In this document: positions 44,386-62,152 of the stretch, one piece after another | How the letters are laid out: each line of letters starts with the position of its first letter | Position numbering within the stretch: position 1 is the stretch's first letter | From: the human T2T-CHM13v2.0 reference genome, Homo sapiens | DNA: 64,000 bases | Assembly (NCBI RefSeq): GCF_009914755.1 | Contig: NC_060926.1 | Reading direction: 5' to 3' (one strand) | Notes under the pieces: generated by a model | The model's input: only the letters and a program-made list of their open reading frames with translations | Database searches by the model: none | Told to the model about the DNA's origin: nothing | Translations under genes and position numbers: made by a program

Positions 44386-46789
44386 AATGATTACCACAAT
44401 CAAGTTAATTAACACATCCATCACATCACATACTTACCCTTTTTGTGTGTGTGTGTGTGTGTGTGTTGAAGACACTGAAGATCTACTTTCTTAGCAAATT
44501 TCAAGTATACAATACAATGTTATTAACTGTAATGGCCACACTATGCATTAGCTCCTCAGAGCTTATTCATCTTAGAATTGAAAGTTTATACCCTTTGACC
44601 AATATCTTCCTAGTTTCTCTACTCCCCAGCTCCTGGAAACCACCTTTCTAATCTCTGTTCCTATGAGTTTAACTTTTTTAGATTCCATGTATAAATTAGA
44701 TCATGCAGTATTTGTATATCTGTGTCTGGCTTGTTTTACTTAGCATAATCTCCTCCAAGCTTATCCATGTTGTTGTAAATGTCACAATGTCTTTCTTTTT
44801 ATGGCTGAATAATATTCTATTGCATGGATACCATATTTTCTTTATCCATTAATCTACTGACATACACTAAAAAGATCATTTCTATGTCTTGGCCATTATG
44901 AATAATGGCTGCAACGTATGTGCGGGTGCAGATATCTCTTCAGGATACTTATTTCCTTTCCTTTAGATATATACACAGAAATGGGATTGCTGTATCTTAT
45001 GGTAGCTCTGTTTTTAATCTTTTAAGGAATCTCCACACTGTTTTTTATAATGGCTGTACCAATTCACATTACCACCAAGTGTACAAAGGCTCCCTTTTCT
45101 TCATACCCTTGCCGACACTTGTTATCTCTTATCTTTTTGATAGTAGCTGTTGTAAAACACATGAGGTTATATCATTGTGGTTTTGATTTGCATTTCCCTG
45201 ATGATTAGTGATATTGATCTCCTATTAATAATACCTGCTGGCCATTTTCTCCTGCTTTTCAGACTTGACCTTGTTTGATATAATGCTACTAAATCCATGA
45301 GTCAGTTTTCTCTCATCATCTACTTTAGACCTTCAAATAGCATTAGACACAGTTAATCACTCTTCCTCAACTCTTCGTCAGTTGACTCCAGGACACTACA
45401 ATCTCGGTTTCCCGCCTATCTTACCAATCACTGTTTCTCAGATCCCTGTGCTAATTCATCCTATTTTATCTGAGGCTACAGATCCTCAGTGCTCACTTCC
45501 TGGTCCTCCTCTCTCTAGCTCATTATCATGACCTCATATAGGTCCATGCCTTAAAAAGCCAACTATGACTCCCAAATTTATATCTTTAGTCAGATTCTCT
45601 CCAATTCCAAATGTATAAATCAAATTTCCACTTGACATCTATAATTTTATATATGCAAGACATACAAAACTGAACTCCTGATCTTCCTTTACCCCAAAAT
45701 CTTTTCCATCCCCAACCATCCCCATCTGGAGTGATGGAGTGAAAACTCCATTAAACCAACTGCTCTAGCTATAAGCTTGTCATTTTCCTTAGCATTTCTC
45801 TCTGATTCCACATTCAGTCCTGTTGCCACTACCTTCAAAGTATACCCAGAATCTGACCACTTTGCACTGTTTTCCTGCCCTGATCTAGTCTGAACCACTA
45901 TCACCTGTCACCTGAATTATTCCAATAGTCTCCTTGCTGTTCTCTCAGCTTCTGCCCTCAGCTAAGTAGCAAGAATAATCCCTTCAACCACAAACTAGAT
46001 CATTTCACTCTTCTGCTTAAAACCCTCCAATAGCCACCCAGTTCACTCACAGTAAAGGCTGCAGTCTTTACAGGGGCTTATGATATGGCCCCACTTTCAT
46101 CCCATACTTCTACCTCCTAATATTCCCCAGCCCACCCATTTCCGCACCCCAATCCAATGGTTCACTGGCTGTTTCTCAAACACTTCAGGTGTGCTCTCAC
46201 CTAGGGCCTTTGTTCTAGCTGATGCTTCCCCTAGATGCTCTTCCCCAGGGTTGCCTAAGTCCCTACCCCCCCCTTTCAGACTTTATTCAAATCTTGCTTT
46301 TTCAGTGATCACCCAATTAATATTACAAACTGCCTACCCTCCACTCTACCTCTTAATCTTGGAACACTTTTAATTCCTTTTACCATGTTCTTTTTTTTTT
46401 TAATGTTATCACTGCCTACCCCCACTAAGTAAGCTCCAAAAAGACAGGAAATCCTGTATAATTTACTCACTAATGTACCTGAAGCACTAAAACAGTGCCT
46501 GGCTCAGAATAAGCACGGAAGGAAAAAAATGTTGAATAAAAGAAGGAATTGATAGCCATGAGGCTGATCAATCTAGTACCTTGGACTACCAAAGAAAAGA
46601 AAAATAGACTCTAAAAGGAGCTTCCCCCATATTTTTCTCACCTTTTCAGAAACATCTCTAATTGAGTGAAGAGAAGAAAATAGGGTACCTCCACAATTAC
46701 ATTATTCCAACTATTGAAACCAAATATAGCAATTAATCATCTCTCTTCAGTGCTTGTAGATTCATTGTGGAAATCTGATTTCCAGCTCA

Positions 46790-47308
<519 letters not shown>

Positions 47309-47638
47309 CTATATTTAGTTGCTAGAGTATTTGAAATTAGACATGATCTCAGGAAAGTCACATAATCTCCCAAGACCCCTGTTTCTACACCAGGAAAATT
47401 TAAAAATTAGACTAGAAAGTCTGTAAGGCTTCTAATAGCTCTGTAAGAACTAAGATTGGGCTCCATTAGGCCAGTGGAATAATGATAATACTGAACAAGT
47501 GAATTACCAATCCGTGCCACAGGTCGGTTCCTGGAATACAAATTGAGTGGATGTGAGCATGCGTGGGGTAATAACGGAGGTTTTGTGGATCAACATCTAT
47601 GAAAGGGAAATGGCAGTACTAGAAAAAAGGAGAAGTTA

Positions 47639-51549
<3,911 letters not shown>

Positions 51550-52917
51550 AGAATGACCCTTCAAAACTGTCTCGAATTGGAGCAAAAAAGCTGGGGATTT
51601 ATATCCCCCTGACAGTCAGTCATCAGATGTGGTTCTCCTGGGAAGGAGGTGTGACCTTGGGTAAGGCAGGTCTCTTCCCCTGATGCAATCTTCATAGAAG
51701 GCTGATAGGTAAGGAGTGTCTGCCACAGCACTAACAGCAAGTGAAGGGGGTCAGAGTGGTGTCTCAGTAGTCACCATGGGCCGCTTGTGGACCTGCTAAC
51801 CAGAGATCAAATTGGCCTCAAGTTCTGAAACAGTGTCCAACTTATCAGTCACGGTTAAATGACATCAGCTCTGATGATTACAGGCACAAAGGATAAGAAG
51901 CTAGACATGTTATTAAATTTTCAAAAAAAATCCATTTTCCAAGCTCTAAAATATATTAACATTAAAATAGGTATGGGATATATTGTTATATTATCTCTTA
52001 AGGTGATTACTTGAGGTAAGAAGTTGTCATAATGCATTGTGGTTTCTTCCACTCTGCATTAATCAAAGTCACCAGTGATCTCATTCTGAGCACTACTGCA
52101 GACGTTGTTGCCCAGCCACAACAATATCTACGAATGCAAATATAAACCTAAAGCCTTGATTACAGCTGAAATCATTTAAATGTAATCTACATCTATACAC
52201 TCCATGGCAAAATCATTAGGGCATCACCCTAACTCATGTATGCTCACTCAGAAAATATTTTTTAACAATGTGGTATATGCCAAGCACTGCTGAAGGCCCA
52301 GGGGCTATAAACAAACATACATTTCATGGAGCTAAGTGGATTCCACTGTAGTCACACTAATAAGCCATGGTCATTTATACACAGCCAGAGCAGTGGAGAC
52401 CTGGATACAGGGTGAACTCTATGCAGAGCTGAAACTGAGAAAATTTGTAATTTATCTTCCGGACTGTCATTATCCTGCCTACCTACCTCTGCACCAAAAT
52501 ACATTACATACATACCCAAGACTCTTATGTTCTTCAGACAGAAATTCCATGTACTGGATTCCAACTGTTTCCTCCACCTCCTTTCCATGACTCCTCCCTC
52601 ATCAACATCCATAAGTTACCTCAGCTCATCACTTCCAGGAAAGACCCAATAAATTCATTGTCACCTAAGGCTTAAGAACTAACTGAAGCTTAATTTTGTT
52701 ATCCCTCCTCAGAGACCATTGGTCCAACATGCAACATGAATGGGAGAATTTCAGGCACCAGTGACATGCTAATGCAAAAGAAATCTTCGTATCCCCAAAT
52801 CTTACTAAATAGAGAATTCCTGCTCAGTCCAGGCAGAAAAATAATCCTGTCTGGTTCTCTGGCAAAAGCATTTTGATAAGATATGACTCGATAGCTTGAC
52901 TAAAGATTAACATCTGG

Positions 52918-53199
52918 GGCTGGGCTCAGTGGCTCACGCCTGTAATCCCAGCACTTTGGGAGGCTGAGGCGGGTGGATCATGAGGTCAGGAGTTTGGACC
53001 AGCCTAGCAAATATGATGAAAACCCATCTCTACTGAAAATACAAAAATTAGCTGGGCGTGGTGGTGGGCACCTGTAATCTCAGCTACTCAGGAGGCTGAG
53101 GCAGGAGAATGGCTTGAACCTGAGAGGCAGAAGTTACAGTGAGCCGAGATCACTCCACAGCACTCCAGCCTGGGCCACAGAGTGAGACTCTGTCTCAAA

Positions 53200-53238
<39 letters not shown>
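52918..53238 (+). mobile_element. AluS (Sg/Sc-like) with (AAT)n microsatellite tail
   Basis: Dimeric Alu; tail of about 14 AAT units; TSD AA(C/T)ATCTGG. Confidence 0.95.
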
Positions 53239-53242
<4 letters not shown>

Positions 53243-53349
53243 TCTGGAAATTTGTAAAACTCTCAGAAGATTTATGTAGATTTGCTGTCTCTACTCTCTC
53301 AGATGTCCACCACTTTGCAATCCGGTGCTGTTTTCGGCTTTTACAATAA

Positions 53350-54690
53350 CGGCTGCGTTGGAACTATTCTCATCAAAGTTACCCAATTCTTTATTGCTAA
53401 ATCACTGGAGAATTTTCTGACTTCAGATTGACTTCTCTGTAACTCTTGACACTTTTGACCATTTTTTTCTTAAAACTCAGTGGCTTTCCTCATGTTTCTC
53501 CTACTTCTCTATTTCATCCTTCTCAGTATCCTTGTGGAATCTTCTTCTCTAGCCATCCCTTAAATGTCAGAGTTTTCTTCAGCTCTCATTTTACTCTAAA
53601 ACCCTTCCTAGTATAAACTTAACCATTTCCTTTAACTATTATATACATATATATGCCAATAGTTCTCAAGTCTGTATTTCCCAGCCTAATCTCTTAGCTT
53701 CTTGCCCATATTTCCAACATCCTGCTGAACATTTCCACTATGATGTTCCACAGAGATCTCAAACTTAGCACACACAAAATTCTTCTCCTCTTCTATGTTC
53801 TTCCCAAGAAAATCAGCCACCTTCTTGAGATCTCAATTTCAAAAAATGGAATTTCTACCCACCAAATTGCCCAGGCCGAAAACATAAGAGTGTAATGATA
53901 CTTTTCTTTCTGATAGCCTCGTAATCTAATCAGGCACCAAACCCTACTGATTGTAGTTCCTTAGTATCTTTCCAAGCATCCGCTCATTTCTATGCTACTT
54001 CTTTTTCAATGCTACTTCTTTCACATCATTCATCTTTCTAGATTATTTTGTCAAATAGCAACATATTATCATGGTTTAGAGCACGGATTCTGGAGCCAGA
54101 TTGAATGCAAATCCCAGCTCTGCCTCTCATTGACTTATGATCTTGGGCAACTACTTAATCTCTCTGTATCTTATCTATAAATCAAGATAATAAAAGGAAA
54201 TAGCACCCCACCTCATAAGATTGCTGTGAGGATTAAATGGATTAACATATGTAAAGTGCTTGGGAGTATGCCTGGCTTATAGTGAGCACTCAGGAAGTGT
54301 GAACTGTTTATTAGCAGGAAGCAGCCACCTAGCTGGTTTCCTTTCCTCCAGCCTCACTCCTTCCCAATCTGTTCCCTAGCTGGCAGCAAAAGTGAACTTA
54401 AATAAAACTCAGTTCATGTCACTCCCTGGCTTTAAATATTCTGTGTCTCACTCACTCATACACCATTCCCAAGCTCTTCAAGACTGATGGTTCCCCTATG
54501 AGTTTCTACAACATCTTTTGCATACCTATATTATAGCACTTATCAGACTGAATTTTATTTGTCTGTTTACTTATTGATCTGTCCTGTAAGACTTTATAAC
54601 ACTCAAGGTTTTCTTTTTATTATTGGGTCTACTTATCTATATTGCCCAGCACACAACAGGTATTCAATAAAAGCTCAATGAATGAATACA
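53350..54690 (+). mobile_element. L2 LINE interrupted by MIR
   Basis: TTGACTTCTCTGTAACTCTTGACAC...; 3' end GGTATTCAATAAA..AATGAATGAAT. Confidence 0.75.
54065..54312 (+). mobile_element. Near full-length MIR
   Basis: TGGTTTAGAGCACGGATTCTGGAGCCAGA...AAATCCCAGCTCTGCC...GTGAGGATTAAATG...GTAAAGTGCTT. Confidence 0.9.
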
Positions 54691-55479
54691 GTCTATCACC
54701 TACTTTGATTCTCAACTAAGAAAAAGATGCAAAAACCTTGTACTCTTACATGTGTAGTCAACCAACTGAAACCCAGAAACTATGGATAACAAAGCTTTTT
54801 GCATTAAAATCACCCACTAACTACATCAGCATTTTCTCCAGGTTTAGAGGATTTGTGTGGGGAATACTTACGAAAGTTCCGTTCTCTCATATATTATCTC
54901 AGGAATACATAATTAGAGCTAAAACTTGTCTGGATTTCTAATTAAAAATACTGATTTTTTCTTGTTGTTAAATTGATTTGGGATTTTTCTGTTAAATATG
55001 GAGCCAAAAGGGGCGAAATCTTGATGTGAACGTTGAAACTTAAATATCCCTTCATTTCTCCCAACAAAAGTAATAGTCAATACAGTAAAAAGAAGATGAC
55101 TTACAAAACCAAGGTTATTCCCCAGTTCAAACATCTGGGCAGAAAATGCAATACATTTTTCCGTACTCAGGCAGCCCAAAATCATTTTGAATTGAGAGTA
55201 AGAAGGTATGACTTTAACTTTCTGGGCAAACTAACCAAATTTAAGGTAAAGGATATAAAAATTCAGTCCCCAACAAATTATCCAAAATATTAATACCTGT
55301 AAAGGGAAAGGGCAGGACATGCCTCTGAGATGCACCAGGACATCAAATATATATAGAGCCAGGAAAGAGTCCGCGTGGTCAGAAAGTATATTTTGACCTT
55401 GAGTAGCAGATTATATATAGAGAGAGGGGGAGACGTGATTTCAGCTTTTGAAATGCTCTCCCATTAATGATAATAATAG

Positions 55480-55715
55480 CAATAATAATAATAGCTAACC
55501 TTAAATAGTGTTGACAATGTGCTAGGCAGGCCCTGTTCCAACCCTGACACATCAACTCATTTAATCTTAACAGGAAATCCATGCAATAGGGGTTTATACC
55601 AACTATTCCATTACAGTTGGGGGAACTCAGGCATGAAGAGTATAGTAACTTGCCCAAGGTTTCAGTTTGTGAGTGGCTGACACTGAACTCAGGCTCACTC
55701 TGTATAACACCATGC
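55480..55715 (-). mobile_element. MIR
   Basis: ATAATAGCTAAC...ACTCATTTAATC...AGTAACTTGCCCAAGGT. Confidence 0.85.
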
Positions 55716-55879
55716 AAAATAGTCTCTCACTAAGCAATTTTGAGTCTCTTGACTAACATTCCCTTCAACAAATTGCAAGATCTCCTATTACATGGAGAGG
55801 TCGTGAATAGGATAACAGGGACATCATAATGGAGAAGATGAAAAAATAACAAGTAATAACACCAAAGAGTCAGGAGTGT

Positions 55880-56640
55880 TTTTGACATGAAAAGTTTGGG
55901 GAACTGGAGGAGCAGAGCAGGGCCTCATCTGGTCCAGTAATATGGAAAGCCTTCTCATAGAAAGGAAGATGATGGTGAACCCAGAAAGATGAGTAGGAAT
56001 TTTTCTGTTATAAAGGGGGAAGATGAATTCATATGTGTGTGAGGAACTAGAAGAAATCTTATAAAGCAAGCTTGTCCAACCCATGGGCTGTGAGCTGCAT
56101 GTGGCCTAGGATGGCTTTGAATGAGGCCCAACAAAATTCATAAACTTTCTTAAAACATTATGAGATTTATGCCCTGACTCATTTTTTTATTAGTTCATCA
56201 GCTATCGTTAGTGTTAGTGTATTTTATGTGTGGTTCATGACAATTCTTCTTCCAATGTGGCCCAGGAAAGCCAAAAGATTGGACACACCTGTAAAAGCTG
56301 GAGCAGAGAGAACAAAGTAAGTAACAGATGAGGCTGCTGACAGAATTGGCCATATTAAAGCTCTTGAGCATGGTGGGAAAGGCAATGAAAAGCCACTGGA
56401 GAGTTTTCTGCAAAGGAAATCTTCTAATTGCTGCAGTATGGTGATTGTATTGGAGAACAGCAAGAGACTAAATAGGAAGGAAACTATTTCAGTATTCTAT
56501 GCATGAGTGCTAGTGTGCAATGGTGGGGATGGAGAGAACTAGATATATCTGAGAAACATTTAAGAGATAGGTTTCACAGGACTTAGCAATGTACTGGGTG
56601 TGGTGGATAAGAAAGACAAACCAAGGGTGACATTGAAGAG
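55880..56640 (-). mobile_element. L2 fragment interrupted by MER30
   Basis: AGATGAGTAGGAATT..., AAGCCACTGGAGAGTTTT, GGACTTAGCAAT antisense L2-like motifs. Confidence 0.6.
56067..56291 (-). mobile_element. MER30 (hAT-Charlie MITE)
   Basis: CAAGCTTGTCCAACCC...CAGCTATCGTTAGTGTTAGTGTATTTTATGTGTGG...AGCCAAAAGATTGGACAC..CTG. Confidence 0.92.
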
Positions 56641-57393
56641 GCAGCATAAAGAGGGCAATGGAGTATCCAAAACAATGAGCCTTTGCCATCAGCATCTGAT
56701 GGAAAATGACAAATGAAAATATAAAATGTGCTAATGTTTTGCAGCCAATACACAATCAAGTCAATGCAGAAGAGAACAGATTGGTAGAGCTATCAGGAAA
56801 ATATTAACATTTGAGACGTAGAACATTAAAAGATTAAAAACAGAGAAACAACTGCTGAAATTGTGAGTATATGCACACAGGAAGTATCTAAACATTTCTC
56901 AGTATTCAGAGAGGGTAGCACAGAAAAGCAGAAATTCTGGTATTTAAATGCAGAATGTGAATAAAAGCCAGTACTAATGAGTCTTACAGAGGCATCTCTT
57001 TTAGCTTAACAATGTTTTTAAACATGGAAGAGGGAGTTAGAATAAATGAGCAAGGATCAGCAACTAATCAGAAAAGAATCAAGTCATCCACCCCTTTGCA
57101 ATTCTGAAAATGAAGAATCAGGATCTATCAGTGGCATCATCAAAATGAGCATTATAAAGAATCTACCTTTTAAAGGAAATGAATTCAGGATAGAAGATTG
57201 TCAAGATTTTTTTCCTATAATTCACTATTGCCCTTAAGAACCTGATTTTCTGGGATTTTAAATAGAGGCTCTAAATGGCTTTTGTAGGAACTTTTACCTA
57301 CTAAAATGTCAATTTCTTAAAATTACTTTAAAGATGCCATTGAACTCAATGATGAATATCAAGTGTATATTCACATAAAAATGTCTTTAAAAA

Positions 57394-57550
57394 TTTTTTT
57401 AAACCGAGTTTCTATCTCTCTATCACCCAGGCTGGAGTGAAGTGGCAAGATCACAGCTCATTGTAACCTTGACCTCCCAGGCTCCAGTAGTCCTCCCACC
57501 TCAGCCTCCCAAAGTGCTGGGATTACAGGTATGAGCCACTGTGGCCAGCC
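57394..57550 (-). mobile_element. Alu monomer (FRAM/FAM-like or internally recombined AluJ)
   Basis: Single ~160-bp arm; TSD AAAAA(T/C)GTCTT at 57377 and 57551. Confidence 0.8.
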
Positions 57551-58524
57551 AAAAACGTCTTAAATATCCTCTAGAGGTAGGACAAAGGTAGAAAAGCAGA
57601 GACCTATTAAGAGACCAAAATATTATAAATATTTTAAATAGACAAAGTTGTGATTCTTATGATTCTCATATAAGGGAAGCTGTATTACCTATAGAGATAA
57701 TTGTCTATTAATATTGTATTCATTAAATATTTAGTAACTCTTTCTCTATCTTTATTTTTCAAAGGCTTATGTTGCTGCCAATCAGAACTTCTGGTGACCA
57801 TGAATAAACACACTGAGTTACCACAACTCCATACAAAAGCAAAGAAATTGCTTGGCATTTTTGTCAGCTTGTGCAAGTTTACAAATGTTCAGTTTCCATG
57901 AGGCTCTCTAACATATTGAAAGTAGATTAAAAATTTCTGTTACTGACTTCAAGGACCCCAACTGGGACACGCAGTAATAAACTTGGTACAAACATTATCC
58001 ATTAACTATGTTACTGTGCAGTGGATATAAGCAGTGATGAACTTCCCTAGGAGACAATGGGGAAAGGAGCTCCCGTGTGGTTTTCCAAAAATGATGTGAC
58101 ATTCTGCAAATATTGAAGAGAAAAATCTGCATTACAGCACACTAGGGTATCACTAAATAATATATGAGCTAATAATTTTTAATTGGTAATTTGTATAGTC
58201 ACCTGTCAGAAGAAAGTAGCACTTTCTTGAGCAATTAATACCATTGCTCCATTCTTCCAACTACCTAAATGAAAAAAAGTCTGGCATTTTAAAATGCTGT
58301 ATTCTTGTGTAACGTTGTTTTCTTTAATGTCTCTATCATTATAGAGACAGTAGGGTCATGGGTTTTGAAAAGCTTGTTTGAAATTTGTCTAACAGGAAAT
58401 GATCCTGATAATTCAGAACAATAGAAATAAATTTACCTGGAATACAAGGTTGCCTAGATTTGTCATCACAGCTGCCTCATTTTTCCCTTTGTAAATTAAA
58501 TTGTTTCTTCACCTTGGATGACGG

Positions 58525-58690
58525 TATGGCACCATGGTGTGGTTCTAGAAGAACCAGAGCAATTGTTTCCAGTTCAAGTTCTGGTATCAGATAGCTGTAT
58601 TACCTTAAACAAGACACTGAAGCTCACTTGGCTTTAGTCTTCTCATCCATTAAATGTAAGATCAACTGATTGCTATATTCCTTTTAATTC
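58525..58690 (+). mobile_element. MIR fragment
   Basis: GTTCAAGTTCTGG...TAGCTGTATTACCTTAAACAAG...TCTTCTCATCC. Confidence 0.55.
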
Positions 58691-58748
58691 GAAAGTACTA
58701 ACTATGCTTACTCAGATAGACAAAAAGTTATTCAAATTGTAGCAATTA

Positions 58749-59097
<349 letters not shown>

Positions 59098-60811
59098 TCA
59101 TCCTGAATGTCACCTCAGGAACTCAGATATTTTAGTCTCCCATCATTCACCACTTTTTATCCAAGCCTGTATTTCTCCTACAAGAATTATATTCCATGTA
59201 TATTCCATGAAGATGGGCTCACTGGGTGTTTTATAAATAAAAAGAGTAGTGACTAGTGTTCTGGGCCCAAAATTCAGGTAAACAATTGCATTTCCACTTG
59301 GAATACAAATACTTCATAACTTCAGAATTCATTACCTCTTGTACCTAGTACATGTTTACTCTGTCAGTTACAACCTTTTGAAAATTTAATTCAAAAATTT
59401 TCTGTTAGAACTGAAATTCATGGACTTTCCGTGTCTTTGGATTAATTTTACTCAAACTTTAGAAAGTCTTTTTACTCTTTTTAGATATCTCTACGAATGC
59501 AAAAACATAAATCTGTTTTATAGGCAATATTCTACAAGAACTCAAAGTGTCAATAGGCTGAACCTAGGACTACATTACATATCACTTACATACCATTAAT
59601 TTCAAATTCTTGAGTGGTCATCTGCTAGCACTGTCTCAAAAAAATGAATTTACTGTTGATAAAACTATAATTGAACTTAGAAAATAGAGCATTAAAAATA
59701 TGACTCCTAAACAAAGGTCTTGATAATCTGAAAGTAAGATGACAGCAACTTAAAAGTCATAACCCTCTCTGGGGCTTCTCATGTTGTAATATAGTCTCTG
59801 ACGTCCTTTCTCTCTCTTTCTCTCTCTGTCTCTCCTACTGATGAAGAGTAATGACCTTAGATGACTAAAGGAAACAGGGCACTGCCTCTTTTTCTGATGA
59901 TCCAAAGTTAAATCTCTGTTATTTACTTCCCCAGCAGGCTCAACTGTCCCTCTTGGCCAGCCAAGCTTGGAGATCAGCACCTGTTTTCATAGGAATCAGT
60001 TCCTGTGATGAGAAAAAATTTGGATCCCTAGTGAGATGCTTCTTCCTGATGAAATACATGTCTTTTATTTAGCTTTTTCATTCTGATCCCAGATACCCAG
60101 ACCTTGCCTGGGTTCCAATTGCTTGGATCTGAAACCTATTTTTATACCCCTGCTTCTTAAATACATAGAGTAACTATCTCTAGAATATAAGAATTAAACA
60201 AACAAACAAACAAAAATATGTATAGCCATGGGATAAATGTGATGCAAGTGCCTGGAATATCAATCTTTGTCTTGGTAGCAATATGAAATATTTTATTTAA
60301 ATAAACATGGATGCATAAAGTATAGTATACTGAAAAATATAAATATGTTTGAAAAATTAAGCTTTAGACTTCAATGTATTTCATTGTTGTATCAAGCAAG
60401 TTTCTCTGCTGGTGTTTGTTGATTCACTTCTATCAGGAATACTTTAGTAGAAATCTTGGAGGAGAAAATGACAATATATTAGCGCCCCCTTCTACTATGT
60501 TTCAATAATTCTTTGGGGACACCACTGGCATTATGTCGTAATGATTTGATTGCATGCCAGCCCCCTTCACTTTGCTGGCTGAAGACAGAAAAAGTCAAAG
60601 TCCCTGACAGCAAATTCCCAAGTGACAAAATGAATTGCTGATATTTACAAAATAGATTCAATTTAAGCTAATGTAAGTGTCATTTTTACTAAACCAGCTC
60701 ACTTTGACATCATGTAGAATTATGAAATGCAATTTATATACATTGCAAAAGACTGTACTGTCTTCTTTATAATGATCTGGTCCTATCAGACAATATATTA
60801 AAATTTCTTTA

Positions 60812-60960
60812 AGCCCACGAATTTGAGATCAGCCTGAGTAACATAGTGAGACCCTAACTCTGCAAAAAATTTTTAAAATTAGCCAGGTGTGGTGGTGCAT
60901 GCCTGTGGTCCCACTTACTCAGGAGGCGGAGAATGACAAAGTGAGACACCATCTGAAAAA
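60812..60960 (+). mobile_element. Truncated, internally deleted AluJ
   Basis: TTTGAGATCAGCCTGAGTAACATAGTGAGACCC...TTAGCCAGGTGTGGTGG...CAGGAGGCGGAG jumps to GACAAAGTGAGAC. Confidence 0.8.
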
Positions 60961-62062
60961 TGAAAAGTTTTAAATAATGTGGTTTTAAATAATGCTGACA
61001 TTACGGAAATTACGGATTCTTAAAAACAGAAAATTATTTTAGAAAAGCAAGCATAAATGTAAAATCAAAATTATTTAGGCAAGCACATGCCATTGATAAT
61101 GATTAAGTTCACAAAAATCTTTGGTTTGTTTTCTAGTTCAAAAAATCACTCTGAAGGAAGATACTGAAATTCTTTACTGAGAGTCTATAAAAAATAAAAT
61201 ATTAGTTTACATTGTACCATTAGGAGAAAAAAATTTTCCATATCCAAATTGAAACAATTTTAAATATGTGAACCATAGCATGCAAATTGGAGCTGGGTAG
61301 TCCAATGATAGCCTCTTATTTAAGCAGGTATTTTGCCCTTTCAATTGACTCATTTTTGATATAAGTAATCAACGCCTCAGTTAAAGGAAGGATTGTCCCA
61401 TAAGAGAATCTGACCTGCTGCTACTTCTTTCTACTTAGTGCAGAACTATAGGAAATGCAAGTTAGATATAAGAAAAAGCTTTTGGAGAGTAGCCATTATT
61501 GGGCACTAAAACATGTGACTAAATGGCAATTAAGCCCTCTCCAAGCCATAGTGTTTAAGTTCTTATCGAGTTACAGGAGAAGGGCTGGGATTTGTGGGGT
61601 TTCAAGTCCAACCAAGACCTATAATGTAATCATGTTTTGTTTTTATGTATTAGCATTTTCTTAAACTTACACATGTTCTCAGCGGACGCTGGCTAAATGT
61701 TCCCAAGCTGCTTCCATATTATCTCTCTCTATTATAACAATGACACTTTGGCACAGCGTATTTGCCAGTGGGTATTTGACGTCTACATAATCTGGGTCAC
61801 ATTCTGCTTTTTACTCTCCTGTATTCTGATTCTTTAAGGCCCAAACAACTATATTTAGTTTATGGTGAGATAACTAATGCTCATTTTCATGGCTACTCTT
61901 GGGGATTTCGGGAACTTCATCTGCTGTTTATCATCATTTTAGTGATGCCAGATTTATTTTGTGCAGGTGTCAAGGTAAAAGTTAACAAATAACCCAGAGT
62001 ATTCTTACTTACTTGAAAAGCTGCAACTGGCACACTACTGACTCTGAATGTCACATTCAACA

Positions 62063-62152
62063 TTTCACCTTTAGGGGATTCTCAGTTGGGATGATTTGGA
62101 TTTATTTGAATAAGTTCAAATCATCCCAACTTAGAATCCCCTAAAGCTGAAA
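62063..62152. repeat. Near-perfect inverted repeat (44-bp arms, 2-nt spacer)
   Basis: Arms 62063-62106 and 62109-62152 pair at 40/44 Watson-Crick positions. Confidence 0.95.

Larger units (their letters stand above)
43426..45246 (-). mobile_element. L1MA-type 3' portion (43426-43519 and 44386-45246), with (TG)n at 44444-44466
   Basis: CATTGTGAAAT|GATTACCACAATCAAG joins across LOR1; antisense TTTTGATTTGCATTTCCCTGATGATTAGTGAT. Confidence 0.85.
42862..45282 (+). mobile_element. LTR33 (ERVL) solo LTR, split into 42862-43425 and 45247-45282
   Basis: Starts TATGCCAGTTATTAA, ends TTGTTTGATATA; perfect 5-bp TSD ATGCT (42857-42861 / 45283-45287). Confidence 0.75.
42600..46545 (+). mobile_element. 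L2 LINE (42600-42861 and 45283-46545), host of nested insertions
   Basis: GTCACCAATGACCTCCATGCT|ACTAAATCCA joins across the nest; 3' end TAAGCTCC...ACAGTGCCTGGC...GTTGAATAAA. Confidence 0.8.

Noticed and set aside
54872-55185. Strong minus-strand donors (GTAAGT) and an 88-aa ORF
   Set aside because: No consistent acceptor/frame combination found.
60480-60496. CTCF-like motif TAGCGCCCCCTTCTAC (also partial matches near 7272-7290, 9930-9945 and 37550-37566)
   Set aside because: Only partial matches; cannot be told from chance without PWM scoring or ChIP data.
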